DNA of 64,000 nucleotides from Rhodoferax sp. OV413. Its GTDB lineage: Bacteria; Pseudomonadota; Gammaproteobacteria; Pseudomonadales; Pseudohongiellaceae. The stretch is taken from assembly GCA_943330915.2 (NCBI GenBank), contig CALQJO020000006.1:4925-68924 (forward strand). Reading direction: 5' to 3'. The notes beneath the pieces are model-generated. The model saw only the letters and a program-made list of their open reading frames with translations, was not told where the DNA came from and ran no database searches. Below, piece by piece: positions 51,954 to 60,380 of the stretch (the stretch's first letter is position 1; each line of letters starts with the position of its first letter). Position numbers and translations under genes: made by a program.

Positions 51954-53360
51954 TCAGGCAGCGGGTTGATCAGTGTAATGAGCCCGCTCATGTTTGAGCA
52001 CCCGTCTGAAGGTCATCCACGACAACAACGCCATCAGCAGGTTGCCGGTAAAGGCGCCGATAAAGAAACCCTGCAGGCCGGCGATTTCACTGCCTATCCA
52101 TGCCAGGGGCACAATAAACAGGAAAAAGCGCGCGATACTCAGATACAACGCAATCATGGGTTTGTGCATGGCATTGAGCGCGGAGTTACACAGAATAATG
52201 ACGCCTTGCAGGCCATAACCTAGTGGCATAATCCATAAGTACAGCTTGATTATTTCAGCAACCGAGTCGTCGCGAGTAAACACTGACGCAATCAGACCGG
52301 CGCTTAATGCCAGCAATGCATAAATCAGCAGTTGCCAGCCCAACACAAACCGCATGGAGATACGACAGGCTTCCTCGATGCGATCAATGCGTGCAGCTCC
52401 CAGGTTCTGACTGACAAACGGCGGCAGGGTGCTGGATAGTGCCAGAATAACCAGACAAGCAATCGACTCCAGTCGTGTTCCAACACCAAAGGCGGCGACA
52501 GCAGTTTCTCCGTAACTGGCAACGATAGCCGTCATTACGCCAGCGGCGATGGGTGTCAGCATATTGGAGCCGGAGGCCGGAATACCTATTTTTAACATCT
52601 CAATCGCAGAGCTTTTGAAGACCGGCCCCGAAGGCAGTCCTTTGTAAATCAACTCATGTCGGATGGCCAGGTAGTAAAACAGGAATGCCACACCCGCGAT
52701 CCAGGAAATCATAGTCGCCCAGGCGGCTCCGGCAATACCCATCGCCGGAACCGGGCCCAGACCAAATACCATTAAAGGTGTCAGTACAGCATTGATCAGG
52801 CCCGAACCCGCCATCAAGATACTGGGCGTGCGGGTATCACCATTGGCACGCAACACCGAATTGGCGCAAATGATGGCAACCAGCAATACACTGGTGGGCA
52901 TCCAGATATCCATGTATTCACGAATGACCGGCAACAGCGATGCAGATGCGCCCAGCGCCAGAAATATCTGATCCATAAATACATAGCCAGCGGTTGCCAG
53001 AAAACCCGACAGTAAAATCGCGACATAGTTGGTCACAGTAGAAGCTTGTTTTGCCTTTTCAGCTTCACCCCGGCCAATGTATTTGGCGACAACCGCTGAG
53101 GTGCCGATACTCAGGCCTATGGCAAGGCTCATGATGGTGAAGGTGACCGGAAAGGTAAAACTGATCGCGGACAGGGCTTCGGTGCCCAGCAGGCTGACAA
53201 AAAAAGTATCAACAAGGCTGAAACTGAACATCATGACCATACCCACAATCATGGGGATAGTCATGTTGATCAGAATGGGTGTGATAGGGCCGTCAGTGAG
53301 TTTCTGGCGAGCACTGGCTTTTTTGTTTTTGTTGTTTTCAAGCGCTGCGTTTGCTGCCAT
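51954..53360 (-). CDS. MATE family efflux transporter
   Basis: DTFFVSLLG..ALSAI, LRANGDTRTP, P.MGIAGAAWAT, AAFGVGTRLE, GQNLGA-like SQNLGA. Confidence 0.93.
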   Translation of the reverse strand: MAANAALENNKNKKASARQKLTDGPITPILINMTIPMIVGMVMMFSFSLVDTFFVSLLGTEALSAISFTFPVTFTIMSLAIGLSIGTSAVVAKYIGRGEAEKAKQASTVTNYVAILLSGFLATAGYVFMDQIFLALGASASLLPVIREYMDIWMPTSVLLVAIICANSVLRANGDTRTPSILMAGSGLINAVLTPLMVFGLGPVPAMGIAGAAWATMISWIAGVAFLFYYLAIRHELIYKGLPSGPVFKSSAIEMLKIGIPASGSNMLTPIAAGVMTAIVASYGETAVAAFGVGTRLESIACLVILALSSTLPPFVSQNLGAARIDRIEEACRISMRFVLGWQLLIYALLALSAGLIASVFTRDDSVAEIIKLYLWIMPLGYGLQGVIILCNSALNAMHKPMIALYLSIARFFLFIVPLAWIGSEIAGLQGFFIGAFTGNLLMALLSWMTFRRVLKHERAHYTDQPAA

Positions 53361-53393
53361 ATCAGGCCGTTATTATCTGTTTTAGCAGGGTGA

Positions 53394-54182
53394 TCAGGCC
53401 TGGGTTTTTAAGGTCTGCCGGATCTGTAGCAGATGTTTAAAGCACTTGGGGTTGCCAAACAACATTTCCTTGCTGCCCTGCGTTTGCGGATTACCCTGAG
53501 GGTCGCTGAGCAGCGCACCGGATTCCAGCAGGATCAGCTGTGCAGCCGCCAGCGATGTGTGGTGCTGCTCACGACACCAACCCGCATCAAGACGTCCTGC
53601 CGCAACGTAGACCATATCCAGCGCAGGGCAGCCACTCATGCGTAAATGCACCGGCAGCGCCAGCAACTGCGCTTGTAGTTGCGGTAAAAAATCATCCTCA
53701 AGAGACTGTTCGGGATCCAGTGACACGTAGGCGTTTTCAAGATTCTTCATTTTGCCGATGCGCACACGACTGTCATTTAACTGCGCCCCATCACCGCGGC
53801 TGGCACTGAACTCCTGATTGTTGACCGGGTTCAGCACTACACCGTGGGTGATACCTCTTGGGGTCTTTAATGCCAGGGAAATACAAAACGAACCATACCC
53901 TTTAAAGAAATTGCGGTTGCTGACCAGCGGATCGATCAGCCAGACGTGGTCTTTGTCTGCGCCTTCGGTATATCCACTCAGTCGCGAGTCGATGCTGTAG
54001 TCAGGGTAGGCTTTTTGCAGATGGTAGAGCAGGGTGCGCTCGGCATCCAGATCCATGCTGGTCACCAACGTGCCGTTTTTATCTTCGATTACATTAACCC
54101 GGTCGAGGCGGTCACTGACATGGATGATTTGTTCTGCGGCGCCGCGCGCCGCCCGAAGAGCAATATTGATAACAGGATGCAT
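53394..54182 (-). CDS. suhB: SuhB / inositol monophosphatase-family protein with degenerate active site
   Basis: MHPVINIALRAAR, WLIDPL, FSASRGDGAQLN, ALDMVYVAAGRLD align with SuhB; divergent from trmJ as in other Gammaproteobacteria; DPLDGT reads DPLVSN. Confidence 0.88.
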   Translation of the reverse strand: MHPVINIALRAARGAAEQIIHVSDRLDRVNVIEDKNGTLVTSMDLDAERTLLYHLQKAYPDYSIDSRLSGYTEGADKDHVWLIDPLVSNRNFFKGYGSFCISLALKTPRGITHGVVLNPVNNQEFSASRGDGAQLNDSRVRIGKMKNLENAYVSLDPEQSLEDDFLPQLQAQLLALPVHLRMSGCPALDMVYVAAGRLDAGWCREQHHTSLAAAQLILLESGALLSDPQGNPQTQGSKEMLFGNPKCFKHLLQIRQTLKTQA

Positions 54183-54346
54183 GGTGTCCGCTGTTTGTGA
54201 TCTGGTGGCTGTTAATGCTGCTAGGCTTGTTTTCGAAAACGGCGCGATGATAGCAAAATGCTGGCGGTCAGTCGTTAACTAGTTGTTATAATCCCCGGCC
54301 ACCCAAACCACCTTCCCGGCAAACGCTACCGGACAGTCTCTGGAGT

Positions 54347-55204
54347 TTGATTTTGAACAGTTCCCCGGTGTCAGACGCGCATCCTGATGCGTTACCCGAT
54401 TTTGGCAACATCGCTGTTGTTCTGGTGCAGACTTCGCACCCCGGCAATATCGGTGCTGCCGCCAGAGCTTTAAAGAACATGGGTTTGTCAGATCTTAGGC
54501 TGGTTGCACCAAGAACGCAGTTTCCCAGTGATGATGCCACCTGGCGTGCGGCCTCAGCGACTGACATATTGCATCACACCAAGGTGTTTGGCTCCCTGGA
54601 AGACGCCGTGGCAGATTGCGGGTTGATTATAGGCACCAGTGCTCGCTCGCGTCGCATGCCGTGGCCGGTGCTGACTCCCCGTCAATGTGCCAATCATGTG
54701 GTGGAGGATGCCGGCAAAAACAAGGTTGCGTTGGTGTTTGGTCGCGAAGACACGGGCCTTACCAACGAAGAGTTGCAGTTGTGCCACTATCATGTGCAAA
54801 TCCCGGCCAACGCCGAATACAGTTCATTAAATCTGGCCGCTGCAGTGATGGTGATCTGTTACGAAATTCGTATTGCCATGCTGGAGCGGCTGGCAATTAA
54901 CGGCAGTGACCGCGCGCAGAGCGATCAGCGCTTTGTCCTCGACAGTGTTTACAACCCTGACTATGAACAGGAATTCTGGGATGTGCCCAAAGCCGACGCC
55001 CAGCAAATGGAGCTGTTTTACGAGCACCTGGAAAAAACGCTGACCGACCTGACCTTTCACAATCAGGATAACCCGCGTCTGCTGATGCAACGCATGCGGC
55101 GGCTGTTTATGCGAATACGCCCCGATACCATGGAGATCAATATCCTGCGCGGTGTGCTGAGCTATGTGGATCACCACGTCAAAATTGCCAACAAAAAGGA
55201 TTAG
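54347..55204 (+). CDS. trmJ: tRNA (cytidine/uridine-2'-O)-methyltransferase, SPOUT family
   Basis: VLVQTSHPGNIGAAARALKNMG, GTSAR.R, FGRE..GLTNEEL, YSSLNLAAAV. Confidence 0.93.
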   Translation: MILNSSPVSDAHPDALPDFGNIAVVLVQTSHPGNIGAAARALKNMGLSDLRLVAPRTQFPSDDATWRAASATDILHHTKVFGSLEDAVADCGLIIGTSARSRRMPWPVLTPRQCANHVVEDAGKNKVALVFGREDTGLTNEELQLCHYHVQIPANAEYSSLNLAAAVMVICYEIRIAMLERLAINGSDRAQSDQRFVLDSVYNPDYEQEFWDVPKADAQQMELFYEHLEKTLTDLTFHNQDNPRLLMQRMRRLFMRIRPDTMEINILRGVLSYVDHHVKIANKKD

Positions 55205-55213
55205 AAAAAACGT

Positions 55214-57541
55214 ATGACATTGATGTTTGATCAGATAGCTGAAGAAATTGCTGCACGCCCCGATCAAGTTGCCGCGACCGTTGCCATGCTCGATGACGGC
55301 GCTACCGTGCCCTTCATCGCCCGTTATCGTAAAGAGGTCACCGGAGGGCTGGACGATATTCAACTTCGTAAACTTCAGGAACGCTTGCTGTACCTGCGTG
55401 AACTGGATGACAGACGCGATGCCATCATCAAGAGTATTGCCGAACAGCAAAAGTTAACACCGGAATTGGAAGCACAATTGCGCGCTGCCTCCACAAAAAC
55501 AACACTTGAAGACCTCTACTTGCCCTATAAACCCAAACGCCGCACCCGCGCCCAGATTGCCCGCGAAGCGGGTCTGCAACCACTTGCTGATGCTTTGTTC
55601 GCGAATCCTGCGCTTGATCCGGAGCAGGAGGCTGTTGCTTTTGTTAATAGTGAGTTGGGCGTTGCGGATGTCAAAGCAGCATTGGAAGGCGCGCGATATA
55701 TTCTCATAGAACAGTTTGGTGAAGATGCAACTTTGCTGGGGCGATTGCGTGATTATTTCTGGAACAGTGCACACCTGATGTCGGAACTGATTGCCGGCAA
55801 AGAACAGGAAGGTGCCAAGTATCGCGATTATTTCGAGTTCTCCGAAGCGGTTACCAAAATTCCGTCGCATCGCACAATGGCACTGTTCCGTGCGCGTAAT
55901 GAAGGCATTCTGAATTTAAAAATCGATATTCCAGTCAATCCCGATGCAGCGCCTGTCAAACATCCCTGTGAAGCGATGATTGCCAACCATTGGTTGATCA
56001 GGGAGCAGGGACGTGCGGCTGACAGCTGGCTGCAGGACGTGGTGCGCTGGACGTGGCGGGTCAAGGTGCATAGCCACCTGCAGACCGACTTTCTGACCGA
56101 GCTGCGCGATCAGGCTGAAACTGACGCGATCGAGGTGTTTGCCCGCAATATCAAGGATCTCCTGCTGGCTGCTCCCGCGGGTAAAAAAGTCACCATCGGT
56201 CTGGATCCGGGACTGCGAACAGGAGTCAAGGTAGCCGTGGTCGACGAGACCGGCAAGGTGCTGGATCACCACGCTATTTTTCCGAATGCCCCGCAAAACA
56301 AAATAGAAGAAGCGGCACTGGTGCTGAAAAAACTTTGTGAGAAATACAATGCACAGTTGATCAGTATTGGAAATGGCACGGCATCGCGTGAAACCGACAG
56401 TTTTGTCGGACAATTCTGCAAAGCCTTCCCGCAGTTCAAGGTAAAAAAAGTGATTGTGAATGAATCCGGTGCTTCTGTTTATTCAGCCTCGGAGTTTGCA
56501 TCACAGGAATTGCCGGATCTGGATGTGACTATTCGAGGCGCGGTTTCCATTGCGCGGCGTTTGCAGGACCCTCTGGCTGAATTGGTAAAAATCGAACCCA
56601 AGTCAATCGGCGTGGGGCAGTACCAGCATGATGTCAGTCAAGTCAAACTGTCACGCTCGCTGGACGCTGTGGTCGAGGATTGTGTCAACGCAGTGGGCGT
56701 GGATATCAATACTGCATCTGCACCCTTGTTAAAACGCGTCTCGGGTTTAACACAGACGCTGGTGAATAATATTCTGGAATTTCGTGACAAAAATGGTCAG
56801 TTCCGCACCCGTGAACAGCTGAAAAAAGTGCCGCGTTTTGGCGACAAAACCTTTGAACTGGCTGCCGGTTTTTTACGCGTGCAGGAAAGCGAGAACCCGC
56901 TGGATGCATCAGCGGTACATCCGGAATCTTATGCCTTGGTGGAAGAAATTGCCCAACGTCACGGACGTAACGTCAAATCACTGATCGGTGATGGAGCATT
57001 TGTGCGCAGTCTGAAAGCCAAAGATTACATCAGTGAAAAATATGGTCTGCCAACCGTGCAGGATATTCTGCGTGAGCTTGAAAAACCCGGGCGCGACCCG
57101 CGTGGTGAATTTGTCACCGCGGAGTTAAAAGAAGGTGTGGAAGAGCTGAAGGATCTGGTGCCCGGAATGACGCTGGAAGGCACAGTCACCAACGTGACCA
57201 ATTTTGGCGCATTTGTGGATATTGGTGTGCATCAGGACGGTTTGGTGCACATCTCTGCCTTGTCGGAGAAATTTGTCAAAGATCCGCATGAGGTGGTGAA
57301 GGCTGGGCAAATTGTCAAAGTCAAAGTGTTGGAGGTAGATCGCGAGCGCAAGCGTATTGCGTTGACCATGCGCTTGTCTGATCCATTACCAGGCGAGGGC
57401 GCCCCCAAGGCTGATCGTCCGGCGCCGACCACGGCGGAATCAAGCAAGCGTAAAAAGGATTTTGATGCGGCGGCGCAGAACAAGCGGTCGGCGGGGACAA
57501 TGGCTTCGTTGTTTGAGCAGGCGCTTAAGAATAAAAAGTAG
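55214..57541 (+). CDS. tex: Tex family RNA-binding transcription accessory protein (YqgF/RNase H-like + S1)
   Basis: [44 protein letters not shown]-terminal S1 domain ([20 protein letters not shown]). Confidence 0.97.
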   Translation: MTLMFDQIAEEIAARPDQVAATVAMLDDGATVPFIARYRKEVTGGLDDIQLRKLQERLLYLRELDDRRDAIIKSIAEQQKLTPELEAQLRAASTKTTLEDLYLPYKPKRRTRAQIAREAGLQPLADALFANPALDPEQEAVAFVNSELGVADVKAALEGARYILIEQFGEDATLLGRLRDYFWNSAHLMSELIAGKEQEGAKYRDYFEFSEAVTKIPSHRTMALFRARNEGILNLKIDIPVNPDAAPVKHPCEAMIANHWLIREQGRAADSWLQDVVRWTWRVKVHSHLQTDFLTELRDQAETDAIEVFARNIKDLLLAAPAGKKVTIGLDPGLRTGVKVAVVDETGKVLDHHAIFPNAPQNKIEEAALVLKKLCEKYNAQLISIGNGTASRETDSFVGQFCKAFPQFKVKKVIVNESGASVYSASEFASQELPDLDVTIRGAVSIARRLQDPLAELVKIEPKSIGVGQYQHDVSQVKLSRSLDAVVEDCVNAVGVDINTASAPLLKRVSGLTQTLVNNILEFRDKNGQFRTREQLKKVPRFGDKTFELAAGFLRVQESENPLDASAVHPESYALVEEIAQRHGRNVKSLIGDGAFVRSLKAKDYISEKYGLPTVQDILRELEKPGRDPRGEFVTAELKEGVEELKDLVPGMTLEGTVTNVTNFGAFVDIGVHQDGLVHISALSEKFVKDPHEVVKAGQIVKVKVLEVDRERKRIALTMRLSDPLPGEGAPKADRPAPTTAESSKRKKDFDAAAQNKRSAGTMASLFEQALKNKK

Positions 57542-57608
57542 TTTGATTGAGTTGAGCTTAATGATACTGAGCTAGATGAATGGGTTCAGCGCGATCAGAC
57601 GATTGGCC

Positions 57609-57789
57609 GCACCGGGCGCCGGGGTGAGACGCGGACCGGTCGCATCCTCTGTGCAAGCGACCGGTGCTGCGCAACTCAACTTCGCGGCCTTGCCGCTCAG
57701 GATTCGGACATTGCTCGCACTTTTCCGGTCGCTTGCACAGAGGATAAGCGCGACCTGATCGGTCCGCATCTCACCCCGGCACCCGGTGC
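57609..57789 (-). repeat. Long imperfect palindromic element, copy 1 (181 bp)
   Basis: 29-bp outer stem, 5-nt bulge, 6-bp stem, 4-nt bulge, perfect 21-bp inner stem, about 60-nt loop; both outer-stem mismatches are G-U on the minus strand. Confidence 0.9.
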
Positions 57790-57834
57790 TCTCTATTCAG
57801 ACTGTATCGCTTGGATTAATAAGTCGTATTTGGC

Positions 57835-57864
57835 TGCCAGTGCCAGTGCCAGTGCCAGTGCCAG
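57835..57864 (+). repeat. (TGCCAG)5 hexamer microsatellite
   Basis: Five perfect tandem copies between the two palindromic elements. Confidence 0.95.
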
Positions 57865-57881
57865 ACGCGACCCATGCAAGA

Positions 57882-58064
57882 GCACCGACGGGGTTGTAAC
57901 AGGTCAGACCAATCAGGCCACGTTTATCCATGCACTGTTCACCGGAAAAAACGCGAGCACTGTTCGACTTCGCAAGGCGCGCAGCGCCTGAGGAGGAGTT
58001 GCGCAGCGTCCGGTGAGCGGTGAATGGATGTGGCCGGTCTGACCTGTTACAACCCCGCCGGTGC
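57882..58064 (+). repeat. Long imperfect palindromic element, copy 2 (183 bp), inverted relative to copy 1
   Basis: Same 29-bp / bulge / 6-bp / bulge / 20-21-bp architecture; shares loop motifs GCGAGCA.TGT.CGA and GAGTTGCGCAGC with the reverse complement of copy 1. Confidence 0.9.
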
Positions 58065-58112
58065 GGGTTAATGTGACAGCACGTGCACGTGTGTACATCA
58101 CCACATCACCCA

Positions 58113-60239
58113 TCAAAAACGATATCGCAACCCCACATCCATACTGCGCTCCGGGCCAATATAAATACCCTGACGCAAGCTGGCGATGTAGTGCTTGTCA
58201 GCAAGGTTTTTTACGTTGGCATTCACAGTCAGCTGATCATTGACGGCGTACACCACAAAAATGTCTGTCAGCGTATAAGACGGCACCTGACCGGTAAAAA
58301 ATCCTGTGATGCTTTCGGTCAGCGGCGTGACGTTTAATACATCGGTGTACTGATCACTGGAGTAGTGCATGCTGATGCCTGTGCGCAGATTGCCTCGCTC
58401 GTACTCCAGCGTCAGATTGGCCGTCAGCTCTGGCGTATAAGGTATGCGGTTGCCATCAGGCGTTGCTATCGCGCCGGCGCGTGTCACACGGTCTCCACGG
58501 AACTCAGCGTCAGAGACATACGTCGCATTGGCGTTCAGATTAAAACCTGCGCCCAGATCAACACCTGTACCGAACTCCAATCCCTGATGCAATGTTTGGC
58601 CTCCATTGGTCACCTGAAATTGAGAGTTGCTGTTGGCCGGAATAATCTGGTTGTCAAAGTTCATCCGGAACCAGGCAAATTCATAAGTCATGTGCTGGTT
58701 AGCGCCGCGTATACCAAGCTCCATGTTCAGCGACCGCTCGGCGTCCAGCTGCTGATCCTGCAGACCATTCAGTGCATCACCGTTTAATGACGGCGAGAAT
58801 GCTTTGTATACGCTTCCAAACAGTTGTGCCTGGGGATTGATCTGCCAGCTCATGCCGATACCGGGCATCACTTCACTGTTAGTGGTGCCGGCGGAATTAC
58901 CTTGTGCGTCATGGCGTCGGCGGTCCAACCGGTATTGCTCGTACTGTTCAACGCGCAAACCTGCGGTTAAGGCCAGTGTTTCGGTGAGCAGGAATCGGTT
59001 CTGAGCGTACAGTGCATAACTTTCTGCACTGTCCAGGGCGTCTCTGCCCAGTGGCCCGGAGCGCGGCAATGCCCGGGTCGCCTGCACCGTTTTATCATCC
59101 ATTTCCTCATCCATGTAGCGCAGGCCGATCTCTGTTTCACTGGTCAGCGCAAACAATTGATGCTCGACATGCAGGCGGGTGTCTATGCCAAATCGCTTAA
59201 AAGCCCGGTTGTTGCCGTTGAGTGTATCGTTGTAGACCCAGCGGCTGGCGGCTGCTGACGCAGCGTTATTGGTGTTAAATCGCCAGTAGTCACGGAACAT
59301 ATCACTGCCAAACACCAAGGTATTCAATCGCGCGGTGGCACTGATATCCCACTCATGGTTCAGGTCAAGAGAACGGCGTTCGGTCAGGTAATAATCATCG
59401 GGTGCCGGATTATTGCTGGCCTCGTCAAGGTACTCCTGCAGAAAGTGACCACGGTAAGAAATATTGGCATCGCTGGCATAGTCCGAGTACTTGATACTGA
59501 CACGCTGATTGTTGCCAATCGCCATGCCGGCCTTGATCATGATATCGGTCGTGTCGTAACCCTTATTGAGAAAGCCATCACTGCTGACCTGACTGGCGAT
59601 GATGCCAAAGCTGGCATCGCCGGAGTCTGAGCTGGCGCCCGCTTCCACAGTGGCTTCGCGGGTATCCCATGTGCCGGTACGCAAGGTAACTTCCACAGCG
59701 TCACGCGGCTGTTTGGTGACATAGTTGATAACGCCGCCAATGGTGCTGGGGCCATAGCGCAGGGACGCCGCGCCTTTGAGCACTTCAATGCCTTCCATGC
59801 GCTGAATACGGGGGTTGTAGTAACGACCGTTGCCAACAAACAGACCCGGAGCCACCGGAACGCCATCCTCAAGAATCAGTGTTTTGTAGTCGCCTGAGCT
59901 AAGGCCGCGCATACCAATGTTGGCAACAATAGCGCTCTCTTCCTCAGGTTTGATGGTGATGCCGGGCACATTGCGCAGCGCTTCTTCTGTTGAGCGTGGC
60001 TGCCGCAGAATCAGTTCTTCCAACTGAACCAGCGACACTGCGCCGGGCTGGCGGGAGACATCTGCGGGATTATTGCCAACAACCAGGATCGTAGGCAGTC
60101 GTAAACCTTCTGTCTCTTCCTGTGCCATCAGCGCGCCGGAATACGGCAGCATGACTGAGGCGCCCAGCAGGGCCATGGCGTTGGCCAGTGCACGACGTTT
60201 GCTGATGCCTGAGAAGACAGATGATAGGGTGTGTTGCAT
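58113..60239 (-). CDS. TonB-dependent outer-membrane receptor, FecA-like
   Basis: Signal peptide, TonB box-like LPTILVVG, plug motifs (LEDGVP, IEVLKGAASLRYGP.TIGGVINYVT), NVKNL.DK.Y, terminal Phe. Confidence 0.95.
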   Translation of the reverse strand: MQHTLSSVFSGISKRRALANAMALLGASVMLPYSGALMAQEETEGLRLPTILVVGNNPADVSRQPGAVSLVQLEELILRQPRSTEEALRNVPGITIKPEEESAIVANIGMRGLSSGDYKTLILEDGVPVAPGLFVGNGRYYNPRIQRMEGIEVLKGAASLRYGPSTIGGVINYVTKQPRDAVEVTLRTGTWDTREATVEAGASSDSGDASFGIIASQVSSDGFLNKGYDTTDIMIKAGMAIGNNQRVSIKYSDYASDANISYRGHFLQEYLDEASNNPAPDDYYLTERRSLDLNHEWDISATARLNTLVFGSDMFRDYWRFNTNNAASAAASRWVYNDTLNGNNRAFKRFGIDTRLHVEHQLFALTSETEIGLRYMDEEMDDKTVQATRALPRSGPLGRDALDSAESYALYAQNRFLLTETLALTAGLRVEQYEQYRLDRRRHDAQGNSAGTTNSEVMPGIGMSWQINPQAQLFGSVYKAFSPSLNGDALNGLQDQQLDAERSLNMELGIRGANQHMTYEFAWFRMNFDNQIIPANSNSQFQVTNGGQTLHQGLEFGTGVDLGAGFNLNANATYVSDAEFRGDRVTRAGAIATPDGNRIPYTPELTANLTLEYERGNLRTGISMHYSSDQYTDVLNVTPLTESITGFFTGQVPSYTLTDIFVVYAVNDQLTVNANVKNLADKHYIASLRQGIYIGPERSMDVGLRYRF

Positions 60240-60322
60240 GGTTTGCGCTCCCGATACTACCCAAAGGATCGTCAGACAGGAGAGCGGCTCTGAACTGGCA
60301 TATGCACCCCTGAACGTGGCGC

Positions 60323-60369
60323 ATAATACAAACGAGAACCATTATCGTCAAGCAATGATTCTCGTTTGA
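60323..60369 (-). promoter_or_regulatory. Sigma70 promoter with overlapping Fur-like boxes upstream of the TBDR
   Basis: TTGACG-17 nt-TATTAT on the minus strand; spacer overlaps GATAATGGTTCTCGTTTGT (13/19 to the Fur consensus); a second inverted Fur-like copy lies just upstream. Confidence 0.75.
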
Positions 60370-60380
60370 CGTATCGATTG

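Noticed and set aside
57572-57769. 60-65-aa ORFs on both strands across palindrome copy 1 (possible type I toxin)
   Set aside because: No clear RBS or hydrophobic helix; explained by the GC-rich palindrome.
57609-58064. Possible tRNA, CRISPR array or simple terminator
   Set aside because: No cloverleaf or CCA, no repeat-spacer periodicity, no U-tract, and the stems are far longer than a terminator.
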